From contig JBDRBK010000060.1 in the NCBI GenBank assembly GCA_043822705.1, positions 1 to 64,000 of the forward strand: 64,000 nt of DNA, in the 5' to 3' direction. The stretch comes from Fidelibacterota bacterium (lineage in GTDB: Bacteria > Fidelibacterota > Marinisomatia > Marinisomatales > TCS56). The position numbers were made by a program, and so were the translations under genes. Positions 50,173 through 59,617 of the stretch are shown here, piece after piece; the first letter of the stretch is position 1, and each line of letters starts with the position of its first letter. The notes beneath the pieces are model-generated. The model saw nothing but the letters and a program-made list of their open reading frames with translations. It did no database searches and was not told the origin of the DNA.

Positions 50173-51405
50173 TTAAAATTTTAGATATATCGAAAAGATA
50201 TAGGGTTGGAAGTGTATTCCAAAGCGCAACCAGTCTGAGATTGAGTAGATAAATCCCAAGTCATAATGGACCGGGTTGATCCATGATTTTTTCGGTTTTT
50301 CGGTCGCTAGTTCCTGTTCAAAATCCAACAGGAAGTCGCCTCGATTCCACCATTCCACATACCAGGGATCATAGAAAATCTCATAATTCATAATCAGGTT
50401 TTTCCGGATATCAATACCACCGCCATAATAGACGCGGTACATGATATCGTCGGTGCCATCGTATTTGCTAACAATGGTACCTATTGTGTGGTTGATCCGC
50501 CCGGACATATTTGAACGGGCCTTTGAAAATGAATAGGCGAGAAAGGTCTCATAATAACCCCGATAATCGGGATCGACAATATCAACCCAAGCGTCGACTT
50601 CGTTGTATTCTGTGTTAAACCGTTTATAACCTTCGGTAAAATTAAGGGCGCTGCCAATTTGGACATATTCGCCATAATACACGGTCGTGTCACGGTCGGA
50701 TGACACCCATTCGCCGTTTACTCCGCTATACGATCCCACATCGACCAGATAGCTGTTTTCCAGCCATTCAAATTTGTCGGGTACATAACGGCTGTGATAA
50801 TGAGCACCAATCGCCAGAGTGTGTTCTTTTTCCCAATTCCCAAGTTTAAACAACTGTAGTTTGGGCCGTAGATTGAAGTCACCTGAGAAATAACCAGACC
50901 ATTTGGAAGTAACCTGGAATTTGTCGGTCACACCAAACCCCCAGCTTAAACCGCTGACGTATAAAACACCGCGATCCAGTGTATATCCGGTGGGATCGTA
51001 AAAAATGTCGATTTGCTGTTCCTGGCCAGTGGTAAATTTCTCCAATAGTGGCCGCACTGCTCCGGTCGACTGGCGCAGGCCGTACTCAATACTTTCGATC
51101 ATGCCCTTGGCAATCGTCAGCCGGCCCATTCCCGAATTGAGAATGATGACGTCGGCGTTTTCCGATTCGATCGTGCCCTTGAGCTGGTCGCCGAATTTCA
51201 GGGTGACGATAACGAACTCCTCATTCAGGTTGGCGCGTTCGATGGTCACTTCGCCATAAGCGGTCTTAATGGTGATCCGATTGTCGTCCTCGGCCACGAT
51301 TGTACCGGTGATTTTTTCCCCGCTCTTGAGATGGTAGGTCCGCTGTTCCTGGGCCAGTCCGGCAGCCAGGAGGACTGTCAGCAGGATCGTTATTGACTTG
51401 TGCAT
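50173..51405 (-). CDS. Hypothetical exported protein with two N-terminal Sm/LSM-like repeats and a barrel-like C-terminus
   Basis: LKSGEKITGTI... and LKFGDQLKGTI... repeats; ends YLKF. Confidence 0.65.
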   Translation of the reverse strand: MHKSITILLTVLLAAGLAQEQRTYHLKSGEKITGTIVAEDDNRITIKTAYGEVTIERANLNEEFVIVTLKFGDQLKGTIESENADVIILNSGMGRLTIAKGMIESIEYGLRQSTGAVRPLLEKFTTGQEQQIDIFYDPTGYTLDRGVLYVSGLSWGFGVTDKFQVTSKWSGYFSGDFNLRPKLQLFKLGNWEKEHTLAIGAHYHSRYVPDKFEWLENSYLVDVGSYSGVNGEWVSSDRDTTVYYGEYVQIGSALNFTEGYKRFNTEYNEVDAWVDIVDPDYRGYYETFLAYSFSKARSNMSGRINHTIGTIVSKYDGTDDIMYRVYYGGGIDIRKNLIMNYEIFYDPWYVEWWNRGDFLLDFEQELATEKPKKSWINPVHYDLGFIYSISDWLRFGIHFQPYIFSIYLKF

Positions 51406-51424
51406 GTTGCCTAACCTCCGTTGA

Positions 51425-52276
51425 TTAGTGGGTAACCAAAACCGTCACCGAACCGTCTTCGACGATTTTCCGGGCGGTGGAGCCGTAAAATAACCGGGAA
51501 ATGCCTTTCTGACCGTAGGCGCCCAGCACTACGGCGCTGGGTATCCGCCGCTTTGCTTCTTCCAGAATCACTTCGTGGGGTTTGCCTTCGCGGATGATTG
51601 AAGTCGCCGTGAGGCCGTGGGCCTGCAGGTAATGGTGGGCGCCTTCGTGCAACGGCAGCATTTCTTCCCGGGTACCGGCCGACACCAGGAAGAAATTAAT
51701 ATCGGTGAAAATATCGCGGTCCTCGTACAGATCGACGAATTCGCGCAAACCGCGGGCGGCGGCACGGGAGCCATCCAGGGCGACGATAACGTTTTTCGGG
51801 AATTCGGCCTGCTCCGGAACCGCCACTACCGGGCAACTGGCGTATTTCAACAGCCGCATTACCGTTTCACCCGGTTTGGAATTGGTCTCGAAATGGAAAA
51901 AAGTCTTGACGCCGACGTAGATCAAATCGGCGAAATTTGCTTCCTTGATAATTTCTTCGAATGGCACGCCTTCGTGGGAGCGGATTTCATAATTAACACC
52001 GGATTTTTCACAGAAGGCCTTGAAATCGGCGATGAAACCGGCCATTTTCGTGCAGGCATCCTTGATTTTGGTCTCCTCTGCCCGGTGGGCGTAGTAACTG
52101 GCCCCCGCCGGTGCGCCGGCTTCCTGCCGGGTGATTCCCGGAATATCGACCACGCCGACACCGCAAATCAGGGCGCCGGTTTTTTTCGCCCGCGTACAGG
52201 CCAGGTTGAGGGCGGTTTTTGCATAATTGGAACCATCGATCGCTACAACAATTCTTTTAACCATTCCAACTCCCAT
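51425..52276 (-). CDS. Tandem universal stress protein
   Basis: IVVAIDGS, VIVALDGS, GAYG...YGSTA. Confidence 0.9.
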   Translation of the reverse strand: MGVGMVKRIVVAIDGSNYAKTALNLACTRAKKTGALICGVGVVDIPGITRQEAGAPAGASYYAHRAEETKIKDACTKMAGFIADFKAFCEKSGVNYEIRSHEGVPFEEIIKEANFADLIYVGVKTFFHFETNSKPGETVMRLLKYASCPVVAVPEQAEFPKNVIVALDGSRAAARGLREFVDLYEDRDIFTDINFFLVSAGTREEMLPLHEGAHHYLQAHGLTATSIIREGKPHEVILEEAKRRIPSAVVLGAYGQKGISRLFYGSTARKIVEDGSVTVLVTH

Positions 52277-52405
52277 TTCGGTTGTAATTCATAATTTTGA
52301 CTGTCCCAGTTTACAGACATTCGGGAATATGTTCATTAAAAACGTGTTTTGTCATCAGTAAGGTACCGGTTATGAGCTTAAATTTCAATCCGGGTAAATA
52401 TAAAT

Positions 52406-52642
52406 ATGATCAAGATATATACTATTGCCAATTGTCCTTCCTGCAACGCTGCCAAACGATTCCTGCGGGAACGTAACCAGGAATACGTGGAAATTGACAT
52501 CACCACCGCCGGCATCAGCCGTTCCGATCTGGAACAACTGACCGGCGGTCGCACGGTGCCCCAGATCGTGATCGACGATAATCCCATCGGTGGTTATGAT
52601 AATCTACTGGCCCTGGACCAGGCCGGAAAACTGCCATTCTGA
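52406..52642 (+). CDS. Glutaredoxin (Grx3-like)
   Basis: CPSC, TVPQI, IGGYD. Confidence 0.9.
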   Translation: MIKIYTIANCPSCNAAKRFLRERNQEYVEIDITTAGISRSDLEQLTGGRTVPQIVIDDNPIGGYDNLLALDQAGKLPF

Positions 52643-52651
52643 GGCGGCCCG

Positions 52652-54376
52652 TCAGCGGATCAGGGTGATCTTCTCGCGGTAGGTCAACCGGTCGCCACTG
52701 ACCAAAATAAAATATATTCCCGAAGGCGCCCGGCGCCCGTCGGACAGGTAGCCGTCCCAGACGAATTGATGCATACCGAACTGGACATGACCGTGCTGTA
52801 ACTCTTCGACCAACTGTCCCGACAGGTTGAATATCCGGATTTGGATCGGCTGGGGAATACGGGCGATCAGATCAAAAGTAACTTTGCCACTTGACGGGAA
52901 AAAGGGGTTGGGGCCCGGTCGGCTGACCGAATAATCGTTGGGAATTTCCACCGGGCCGCTGAAACCGTTCTGGAAGGTCAGATTGAAGTCCCAGTCGCGG
53001 TCTAACGTGTCCTGGCTGACGATCGCCAGATTAATCTGTTCCCAGTCGTTTTGAATATTCAACATCGACCCGGATTCAACCACGACCGTGCCGTCGCTGG
53101 CCTGGAGAATAGCGATCAGGTTCAAATCCGTTTCAGGACCGTCCAGATTGGTGAGCGTCACCAGCACCGGCACCAGCGTGTTTATTTTATAGTACTGGCT
53201 GGCGTAGCGGTTCAACTTGGTATTATCGATCGAATGCCAGTCGTCCGGGGCGAAATTGACGGTCGCTTCAATCCGTGGCCCGCTGACCGGGTAGCCGGCG
53301 GCTTCGACATATGAATATTCACCGGCCGCCGGTGACGCCGACATTACCAGGTTGGCCACTACCATTCTATTCAGTGCATCCTGAAAATCGGACCCTTCCG
53401 GCTCCAGGGCCTCGGTGATCTCCTGGCGGCTGTAATCGCCGTAATAACTGTCGTACTCAATACTGCGCTCAAAAATCCGGTGGATGGTAGCATAGCCGCC
53501 CAGATGTTCCTGGATATACTGGAAATAGATAAACGAACCATATTTGTGAGTCGAATTGATAGAATAAAAATCCAGGGCCACATCCGGCGCGTTGAACCAG
53601 CCGCGCATGTACTGATAGCAGTCGTTGATATCATCGTAAACTGCTTCTTCCATTAGTACCGCCGTGGCTTCGAGCAGCCAGGATTCCTGATCGGCATCCC
53701 AGGCGTCAATGCCGTATTGCACGGCATGGAAATATTCATGGGCGGCGGTTACCCGGATATTTTCCAGCGGTGTGTTGGGAAACCCGCCCCATTCGTTGCG
53801 GATGGTAATATAGGTAGACCAGGCGTTCACTTCTTCGACCGGCGAATTTTCATTGTCACCGATCTCCGTTTCCGGAATCGTGTAGGCATAAACGCCGGCT
53901 TCCTGCCTGGCGATGTAAATATCATATTTATTCGATCCGCCCTCATTCTGGTCGGATGGCGGCCGGGTGAAATTCAGCTCTTCCATAATGACGGTGTCGG
54001 TGTGGGCGAAGGCCTGGGCCACGATTTCCACATAATCAGGCACACCGCTGACGCCGCTGATATCATCCGGCGGCACCGGGCCGGTCCCGTCCAAATCGTA
54101 ATGAATCCTAAAATTCTGATAGTCATAGTAGTAGGGCAGCACAGGCCGCATGTAGGCCACGTAACTGCGGGAAAAGTCGAATCCGAGCGCTGCCAATTGG
54201 ATTTTAACATCATCGGGCAGCTCGTGGCCGAAATTGGCGATGTACAACAGGCCGGCGGCCAGGTGGTCCGGCGCCGCGTCACCCTGTAAAATAGCGATTA
54301 CCTCTTGGGCGGCGCTGACTGCGGTGGCGGTGGACGGCCGGGCCGACAGGGTCAGCGGTACAACCAGCAGCAGCAA
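52652..54376 (-). CDS. Secreted zinc metalloprotease (MXAN_6640-like) with FlgD/T9SS-like C-terminal domain; start uncertain
   Basis: TAAHEYFHAVQ, WLLEATA; PNPF...IFNLSGQLV...WDG....G...PSGIYF tail. Confidence 0.8.
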   Translation of the reverse strand: MLLLVVPLTLSARPSTATAVSAAQEVIAILQGDAAPDHLAAGLLYIANFGHELPDDVKIQLAALGFDFSRSYVAYMRPVLPYYYDYQNFRIHYDLDGTGPVPPDDISGVSGVPDYVEIVAQAFAHTDTVIMEELNFTRPPSDQNEGGSNKYDIYIARQEAGVYAYTIPETEIGDNENSPVEEVNAWSTYITIRNEWGGFPNTPLENIRVTAAHEYFHAVQYGIDAWDADQESWLLEATAVLMEEAVYDDINDCYQYMRGWFNAPDVALDFYSINSTHKYGSFIYFQYIQEHLGGYATIHRIFERSIEYDSYYGDYSRQEITEALEPEGSDFQDALNRMVVANLVMSASPAAGEYSYVEAAGYPVSGPRIEATVNFAPDDWHSIDNTKLNRYASQYYKINTLVPVLVTLTNLDGPETDLNLIAILQASDGTVVVESGSMLNIQNDWEQINLAIVSQDTLDRDWDFNLTFQNGFSGPVEIPNDYSVSRPGPNPFFPSSGKVTFDLIARIPQPIQIRIFNLSGQLVEELQHGHVQFGMHQFVWDGYLSDGRRAPSGIYFILVSGDRLTYREKITLIR

Positions 54377-54377
54377 T

Positions 54378-54533
54378 TTAGTCAGCTTCCTGATCTGATT
54401 GCTCCTTCCGCTGTTTTAATATTTCTTCCAGATTGCGCATTCGTTTTTTACGATAAAAGAACCGGATAAACAGGGCCATGATCACCATGCCGATGACATA
54501 ATACCAGGCAAAATAGGTCGCCGAATCAGTCAT
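54378..54533 (-). CDS. 51-aa single-pass membrane protein (absent from the ORF track)
   Basis: MTDSATYFAWYYVIGMVIMALFIRFFYRKKRMRNLEEILKQRKEQSDQEAD; fills the gap, overlaps the upstream stop (ATGACTGA), TM helix followed by a basic cluster. Confidence 0.65.
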   Translation of the reverse strand: MTDSATYFAWYYVIGMVIMALFIRFFYRKKRMRNLEEILKQRKEQSDQEAD

Positions 54534-55188
54534 CGATCAGCGGTTTGATATATTTGTCGAATAAATAAGTTCCGCCGATCAACCCGATCCCGGTGCCGAA
54601 TTCCCAACTCAGGCCGCCGGCATTATCCTGTTGAATCACACCGGCGATGGTCAGGGACGCTCCCGTCAGGTACAGGGCGGTGCGAATTTTGGCATACATC
54701 CCGCCGTCGGTTGGGGCAGCCGCGGCCGCCTGCCCGGTCAGTGCTTCCGGTGCTGATTGCGCCTTTTCCTGCTGCAGGGCGACCAGGACATCGGTGATCG
54801 GGAAGCGTAGCGATACCAGCAGTTCCGGGGGCTTTTCCGACTGGTACAGGTCGAACGATTCGACTTTCCGGTCCAGTTCGAAGGCAAACTGGGCCGATTC
54901 GCCGACCTGGCTGAGTTCGAAATTTTTCACCGGGCGGTTTGGTGCCGTGGTCATGATAGCAGCACTATCAAAAGTGGCATTCATGATTGTGAGATAAAAA
55001 TAATTGTCCTTGCGGATCCAGCCCGAAGTGTTGCGCAGGTCGATCGGCCGGCTCAGGTCGATCCGCAGAAAAGCGCCGTTTTTTTTACCTTCGATCGTCA
55101 GGTTCCGGATCGTTGTCTGTCCGGAGAGGGAAAACACCGTAGTCAGCAGGAGCACAGGGAGAATTCGATAGTGTTTCGTAATCTGCAT
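54526..55188 (-). CDS. Hypothetical exported protein (AMIN-like N-domain, hydrophobic C-terminus)
   Basis: Signal peptide; beta-rich domain; two C-terminal hydrophobic segments. Confidence 0.6.
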   Translation of the reverse strand: MQITKHYRILPVLLLTTVFSLSGQTTIRNLTIEGKKNGAFLRIDLSRPIDLRNTSGWIRKDNYFYLTIMNATFDSAAIMTTAPNRPVKNFELSQVGESAQFAFELDRKVESFDLYQSEKPPELLVSLRFPITDVLVALQQEKAQSAPEALTGQAAAAAPTDGGMYAKIRTALYLTGASLTIAGVIQQDNAGGLSWEFGTGIGLIGGTYLFDKYIKPLIDD

Positions 55189-55368
55189 CGGGTATTTAAC
55201 TTGGTCTAAACTAAGTAAGTTTCAACAAGCGAATCACGCTAAATATATGCTGGTTGGCGGGTAGTAAAGATCGGGTGAAAATTCAACCATGGTGCGCGCG
55301 TCACAAATTTTTGCGGTTGAACGGACCTTGCCGTCACGGTAACTTCCCCGTCTGAAATGGGAGAATTT

Positions 55369-56976
55369 ATGCCAAAGATTTATTCGCGGATTTTTCTGCT
55401 CCTGTTGTTGACCTTTGCGGCCGGTTTCGCCCAGGAAGAACGCTCGGTGCAGGGCGCCCTGGGGGCGGTTACGATCGATGGTAAAATCTGGAATCAGATC
55501 GCCATCCGGCCGGTACTGCCGATCTGGAAATTCGGTCTGGCCCTGGACTTGGTCTTTTACGTCGATGAGAATGGCAATATCCATAAGGATGAATGGGATT
55601 TTTCCGATGGCACCGCCATTAAAAACACCCTGATCGATAAGATTTATTACCTGCGTTTCGGACAGAAATCGGACCCGCTGTATTTCAAGATCGGCGCCCT
55701 CGATTATGTCGACCTGGGCTACGGCATCCTGGTCAACGGCTATACCAATACCTGCGAATATCCCAATGTCCGCAAGGTCGGGCTGGATCTGGCACTGAAA
55801 ACCAAACGGTTTACGGCCCAGGGTTTCGTCAGCGATTTCAAGGAAAACATCGGCCTGTTCGGTATGCGGGTCACCAGCCCGCTGGTGGGCGGCCTGCCGG
55901 TGGGCGTTTCGCTGGTCGTGGACCGTAACCAGTACCTGGCCCTCCATGACCGGGACGGCGACGGCGTGCCGGATGAAGTGGACGATTTTCCCGACCGGAA
56001 AAAATGGCAGATCGACAGCGATTACGATGGTCTGGCCGACAATCACCCTGACGAATTCGATCGTGACGGTGACGGCCGGCCCGATGTAGATAATATTGCG
56101 GCAATCCACGATTTCTGGGACGAATTGGGCAACGACGTTGGATTCGATTTCAGTAACGAAGCCTACTATGATTCGCTGCCGGATAAAAACGCCACCCTGC
56201 GTGAGCCGCTGATCAATCTTAACGACGACGCCAATCCGATCGGCGCTTTTGCCCTCGATATCGGCTACCCGATTCTGACCGAAGGTGCGTTCAAATTGTC
56301 AATTTACGCCCAACTGGCCAAGATGCTCGGCCAGACCGTCGATCCGGCCAGTGGAATGGAAGTGGACCTGGGACTGGGGCTGATCCCGCTCGGTATATCC
56401 GCCGGTTTCGGACCGGCGCGCCTGAACTTGGAGTACCGGATGATTCCTAACGACGGCCGTTTCGATTTCAGTTACTGGAACCGCTCCTACGACCTGGAGC
56501 GGGCCGTATTCGCCACGGCGGCCGGCCAACTGGTCGTCCGCACCAAGGAACAGTCCCTGGGACGGTTCGGATCGCAAAACGGCCTGTTCGGCCAGGTACG
56601 GATCGACGTCAGCCATCTGCTGGCCGTCTCGGCCCAGTATCAGAATCTGGACGGCACGATGTGGCACGAGGCCGATCAGGCTTTCGTTACCGAGAACAAC
56701 CAGAGTCTGCTGGGTCAGATCCAGTTGCAGAAATCGATCAGCAAGCTTAAAGTCGCCCAGTTGTTTTACGAGCAACGTAATACACCCAATCCCTTCAAAT
56801 TTGAGTTGACCGAAAGCACGATCATGGGTTACCGGCTGGGACTGGAAATGGGCGGTGGTATCGTCCTGAATTACATCTTCCAGCGCACTTTCCGTGATAT
56901 CAACGGCGACGGCCGGATCAAGGGGGAGCGGGAGACGATTAACATAACCTCGATTGAAACATCTTTCGCTTTTTAG
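55369..56976 (+). CDS. Hypothetical outer-membrane protein with thrombospondin type-3-like Ca-binding repeats
   Basis: Signal peptide; DRDGDGVPDEVDDFP, DSDYDGLAD, DRDGDGRPD; C-terminal F. Confidence 0.7.
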   Translation: MPKIYSRIFLLLLLTFAAGFAQEERSVQGALGAVTIDGKIWNQIAIRPVLPIWKFGLALDLVFYVDENGNIHKDEWDFSDGTAIKNTLIDKIYYLRFGQKSDPLYFKIGALDYVDLGYGILVNGYTNTCEYPNVRKVGLDLALKTKRFTAQGFVSDFKENIGLFGMRVTSPLVGGLPVGVSLVVDRNQYLALHDRDGDGVPDEVDDFPDRKKWQIDSDYDGLADNHPDEFDRDGDGRPDVDNIAAIHDFWDELGNDVGFDFSNEAYYDSLPDKNATLREPLINLNDDANPIGAFALDIGYPILTEGAFKLSIYAQLAKMLGQTVDPASGMEVDLGLGLIPLGISAGFGPARLNLEYRMIPNDGRFDFSYWNRSYDLERAVFATAAGQLVVRTKEQSLGRFGSQNGLFGQVRIDVSHLLAVSAQYQNLDGTMWHEADQAFVTENNQSLLGQIQLQKSISKLKVAQLFYEQRNTPNPFKFELTESTIMGYRLGLEMGGGIVLNYIFQRTFRDINGDGRIKGERETINITSIETSFAF

Positions 56977-56989
56977 AATTAGAACCCAG

Positions 56990-59617
56990 ATGAATTCCAA
57001 GACAATCCGCCAGCAGTTTATCAGTTTTTTCAGTGAGCGGGGACACCGCTTCGTCCGCAGCGCCCCGGTGGTGCCGATCGACGACCCGACCCTGCTGTTC
57101 ACCAACGCCGGGATGAACCAGTTCAAGCCGATTTTTCTCGGGCAGGAATCCCGCGCTTACGTCCGGGCGGTTAACAGCCAGAAATGTATCCGCGTCAGCG
57201 GCAAGCACAACGACCTGGAAGAGGTGGGGGTCGATACCTTCCACCACACTTTTTTCGAGATGCTGGGCAACTGGTCCTTCGGCGATTACTACAAGGCCGA
57301 GGCGATCCGCTGGGCCTGGGAATTGTTCACCGAAGTCTGGAAGCTGGATAAAAACCGTCTGTGGGTCACGGTATTCGAGACCGACGATGAGGCATTCGAA
57401 CTGTGGGCCAGTGTTACGGACATCGCCCCGGACCGGATTCTGCGCTGCGGCGCCAAGGATAATTTCTGGGAGATGGGCGAAACCGGTCCCTGCGGACCCT
57501 GTTCCGAAATCCATTATTACATCGGCAATGATCCCGCCGGTCAGATCGCCGGGGGCGTAAATAACAGCGACGAATACTGGGAGCTGTGGAACCTGGTGTT
57601 CATCCAGAACGAACGCCTGGCGGACGGCAGCCTGATCGACTTGCCGGCCAAGCACGTGGACACCGGCGCCGGTCTGGAACGGATCGTAGCGGCGTTGCAG
57701 GGCAAATCCAGCAATTATGAAACCGACCTGTTCCGGCCGATAATCGATCGGACCGCCGCATTAGCGGGTGTTAAATATGCCGATAATCCGATTCCGTTCA
57801 GAGTAATTTCCGACCATGTCCGGATGCTGAGTTTCTCGATCGCCGACGGCGCCATGCCATCCAATGATGGGCGGGGCTATGTATTGCGCCGGATTTTACG
57901 CCGGGCCTCGCGCTTCGGCCGGATGTTGAATTTGCACGAACCATTCCTGTATCAGCTGGTCGACACGGTCGGTGAAATCATGGGTGAGGATTTCCCGGAA
58001 GTGCTGGAGAAGGCCCGGCACATTAAGAATGTGATCAAGGCTGAAGAAACCTCCTTCAACGAAACGCTGGATCGCGGCCTGAATAATTTTGAGAAAGTGG
58101 TGCGGAGTTTGTCCGGCACAGAAATTTCCGGTGCCGATGCCTTCCGACTTTACGATACTTTTGGTTTTCCGCTGGACCTGACCCAGTTAATGGCCCGGGA
58201 ACGGAATCTGACTGTCGATGAAGCGGGCTTTGAAAAAGAAATGAAACAGCAGAAATCCCGCGCTAAGGCGGCTGGCCGGTTTCGAATAGTTGATAAAAAA
58301 ATAAATTGGATTACCATAAGTGAAGGTAAAGACTCTGAGTTTGTCGGATACGAGACTACCTATGCAATGGTGCAAATCAGGAGTTGGGCAAAAGAAGATG
58401 ATCATTATTTGATAATTTTAGATCGTACACCGTTCTATGCTGAATCAGGTGGGCAAATTGGAGATACTGGAAATTTAATCAGCAATGGTAAATATCTAAC
58501 TATATATGATGTTTGGAAAGAAGGAGAATCATTTATTCATCAGGCTATTCCTAATACTGATGATGCAAAAATCGATGATTTCCTTGGTAGAATCACGGCA
58601 GTTGTAGACAAAGAACGGCGTGACGACATCCGCCGCAACCATACCGCCACGCACCTGCTGCATGCCGCCCTGAAACAGGTTTTGGGCGAGCACGTTCATC
58701 AGGCCGGATCGCTGGTGGCGCCCGATCATTTCAGGTTTGACCTGACCCATTTTGAAAAAATTACCACCGAACAGCTGGCCGGGGTGGAACGGATCGTCAA
58801 CCGCGAAATCCGCCGGAACACTGTTTTGAATATCGCTCACCGTTCCTACGATGATGCCCGCGCCGCCGGTGCCGAGGCACTTTTCGGTGAGAAATACGGC
58901 GATGAAGTGCGGGTAATTACGATCGGGGATTTTTCGATGGAGTTATGCGGCGGCACCCACGTGGAGCGGACCGGCGATATCGGCTTTTTCAAGATTACCG
59001 AGGAATCGGCCCTGGCGGCGGGCGTCCGCCGGATCGTGGCCCTGACCGGCGCCGGCGCCGTAGAGCGGGTGCAGGCGCTGACGGATACGATCAGTAAAAT
59101 TCAAGCACGCTTCAATAGTCCGCCGGGCGAATTGCCCGAACGGATCGACCAGTTACTCGATGTCCGCAAGGAACTGGAACGGGAGCTGAAACGGTTGAAA
59201 CGGGACGATCAACGCGCCAGCACCGGCGATCTGACCGAGCAGGGAACCGCGGTCGGTGAGCACCTGCTGGTGGTTACCAGAGTCGCTGCCGCCGATGATG
59301 AAGATTTGAAGGCCCGAGGCGACAGCCTGCTGGAAAAACTGAAATCAGGCATCGGTCTGCTGGGGGCCGTGATCGACGACAAACCGGTGGTAGTGGTGGT
59401 GGTCACCGCGGACCTGATCAAGGCCGGAATCAAGGCCGGCGACCTGGCCCGGGTAATCGGAAAAAGCATGGGTGCCGGCGGCGGCGGTAAACCGCACCTG
59501 GCAACAGCCGGGGGCAAAGACGTGGCCCGACTGGATGACGCTCTGGCCCAGGCCAAGGCCGATTTGCTGAACCGACTGGCGGCGCTGAACAAACCGGGCG
59601 ACGAAATAATACTCTAA
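56990..59617 (+). CDS. alaS: Alanine--tRNA ligase
   Basis: DPTLLFTNAGM, HHTFFEMLGNWSFGDY, DTGAGLER, HTATH, ELCGGTH, GGGG. Confidence 0.98.
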   Translation: MNSKTIRQQFISFFSERGHRFVRSAPVVPIDDPTLLFTNAGMNQFKPIFLGQESRAYVRAVNSQKCIRVSGKHNDLEEVGVDTFHHTFFEMLGNWSFGDYYKAEAIRWAWELFTEVWKLDKNRLWVTVFETDDEAFELWASVTDIAPDRILRCGAKDNFWEMGETGPCGPCSEIHYYIGNDPAGQIAGGVNNSDEYWELWNLVFIQNERLADGSLIDLPAKHVDTGAGLERIVAALQGKSSNYETDLFRPIIDRTAALAGVKYADNPIPFRVISDHVRMLSFSIADGAMPSNDGRGYVLRRILRRASRFGRMLNLHEPFLYQLVDTVGEIMGEDFPEVLEKARHIKNVIKAEETSFNETLDRGLNNFEKVVRSLSGTEISGADAFRLYDTFGFPLDLTQLMARERNLTVDEAGFEKEMKQQKSRAKAAGRFRIVDKKINWITISEGKDSEFVGYETTYAMVQIRSWAKEDDHYLIILDRTPFYAESGGQIGDTGNLISNGKYLTIYDVWKEGESFIHQAIPNTDDAKIDDFLGRITAVVDKERRDDIRRNHTATHLLHAALKQVLGEHVHQAGSLVAPDHFRFDLTHFEKITTEQLAGVERIVNREIRRNTVLNIAHRSYDDARAAGAEALFGEKYGDEVRVITIGDFSMELCGGTHVERTGDIGFFKITEESALAAGVRRIVALTGAGAVERVQALTDTISKIQARFNSPPGELPERIDQLLDVRKELERELKRLKRDDQRASTGDLTEQGTAVGEHLLVVTRVAAADDEDLKARGDSLLEKLKSGIGLLGAVIDDKPVVVVVVTADLIKAGIKAGDLARVIGKSMGAGGGGKPHLATAGGKDVARLDDALAQAKADLLNRLAALNKPGDEIIL

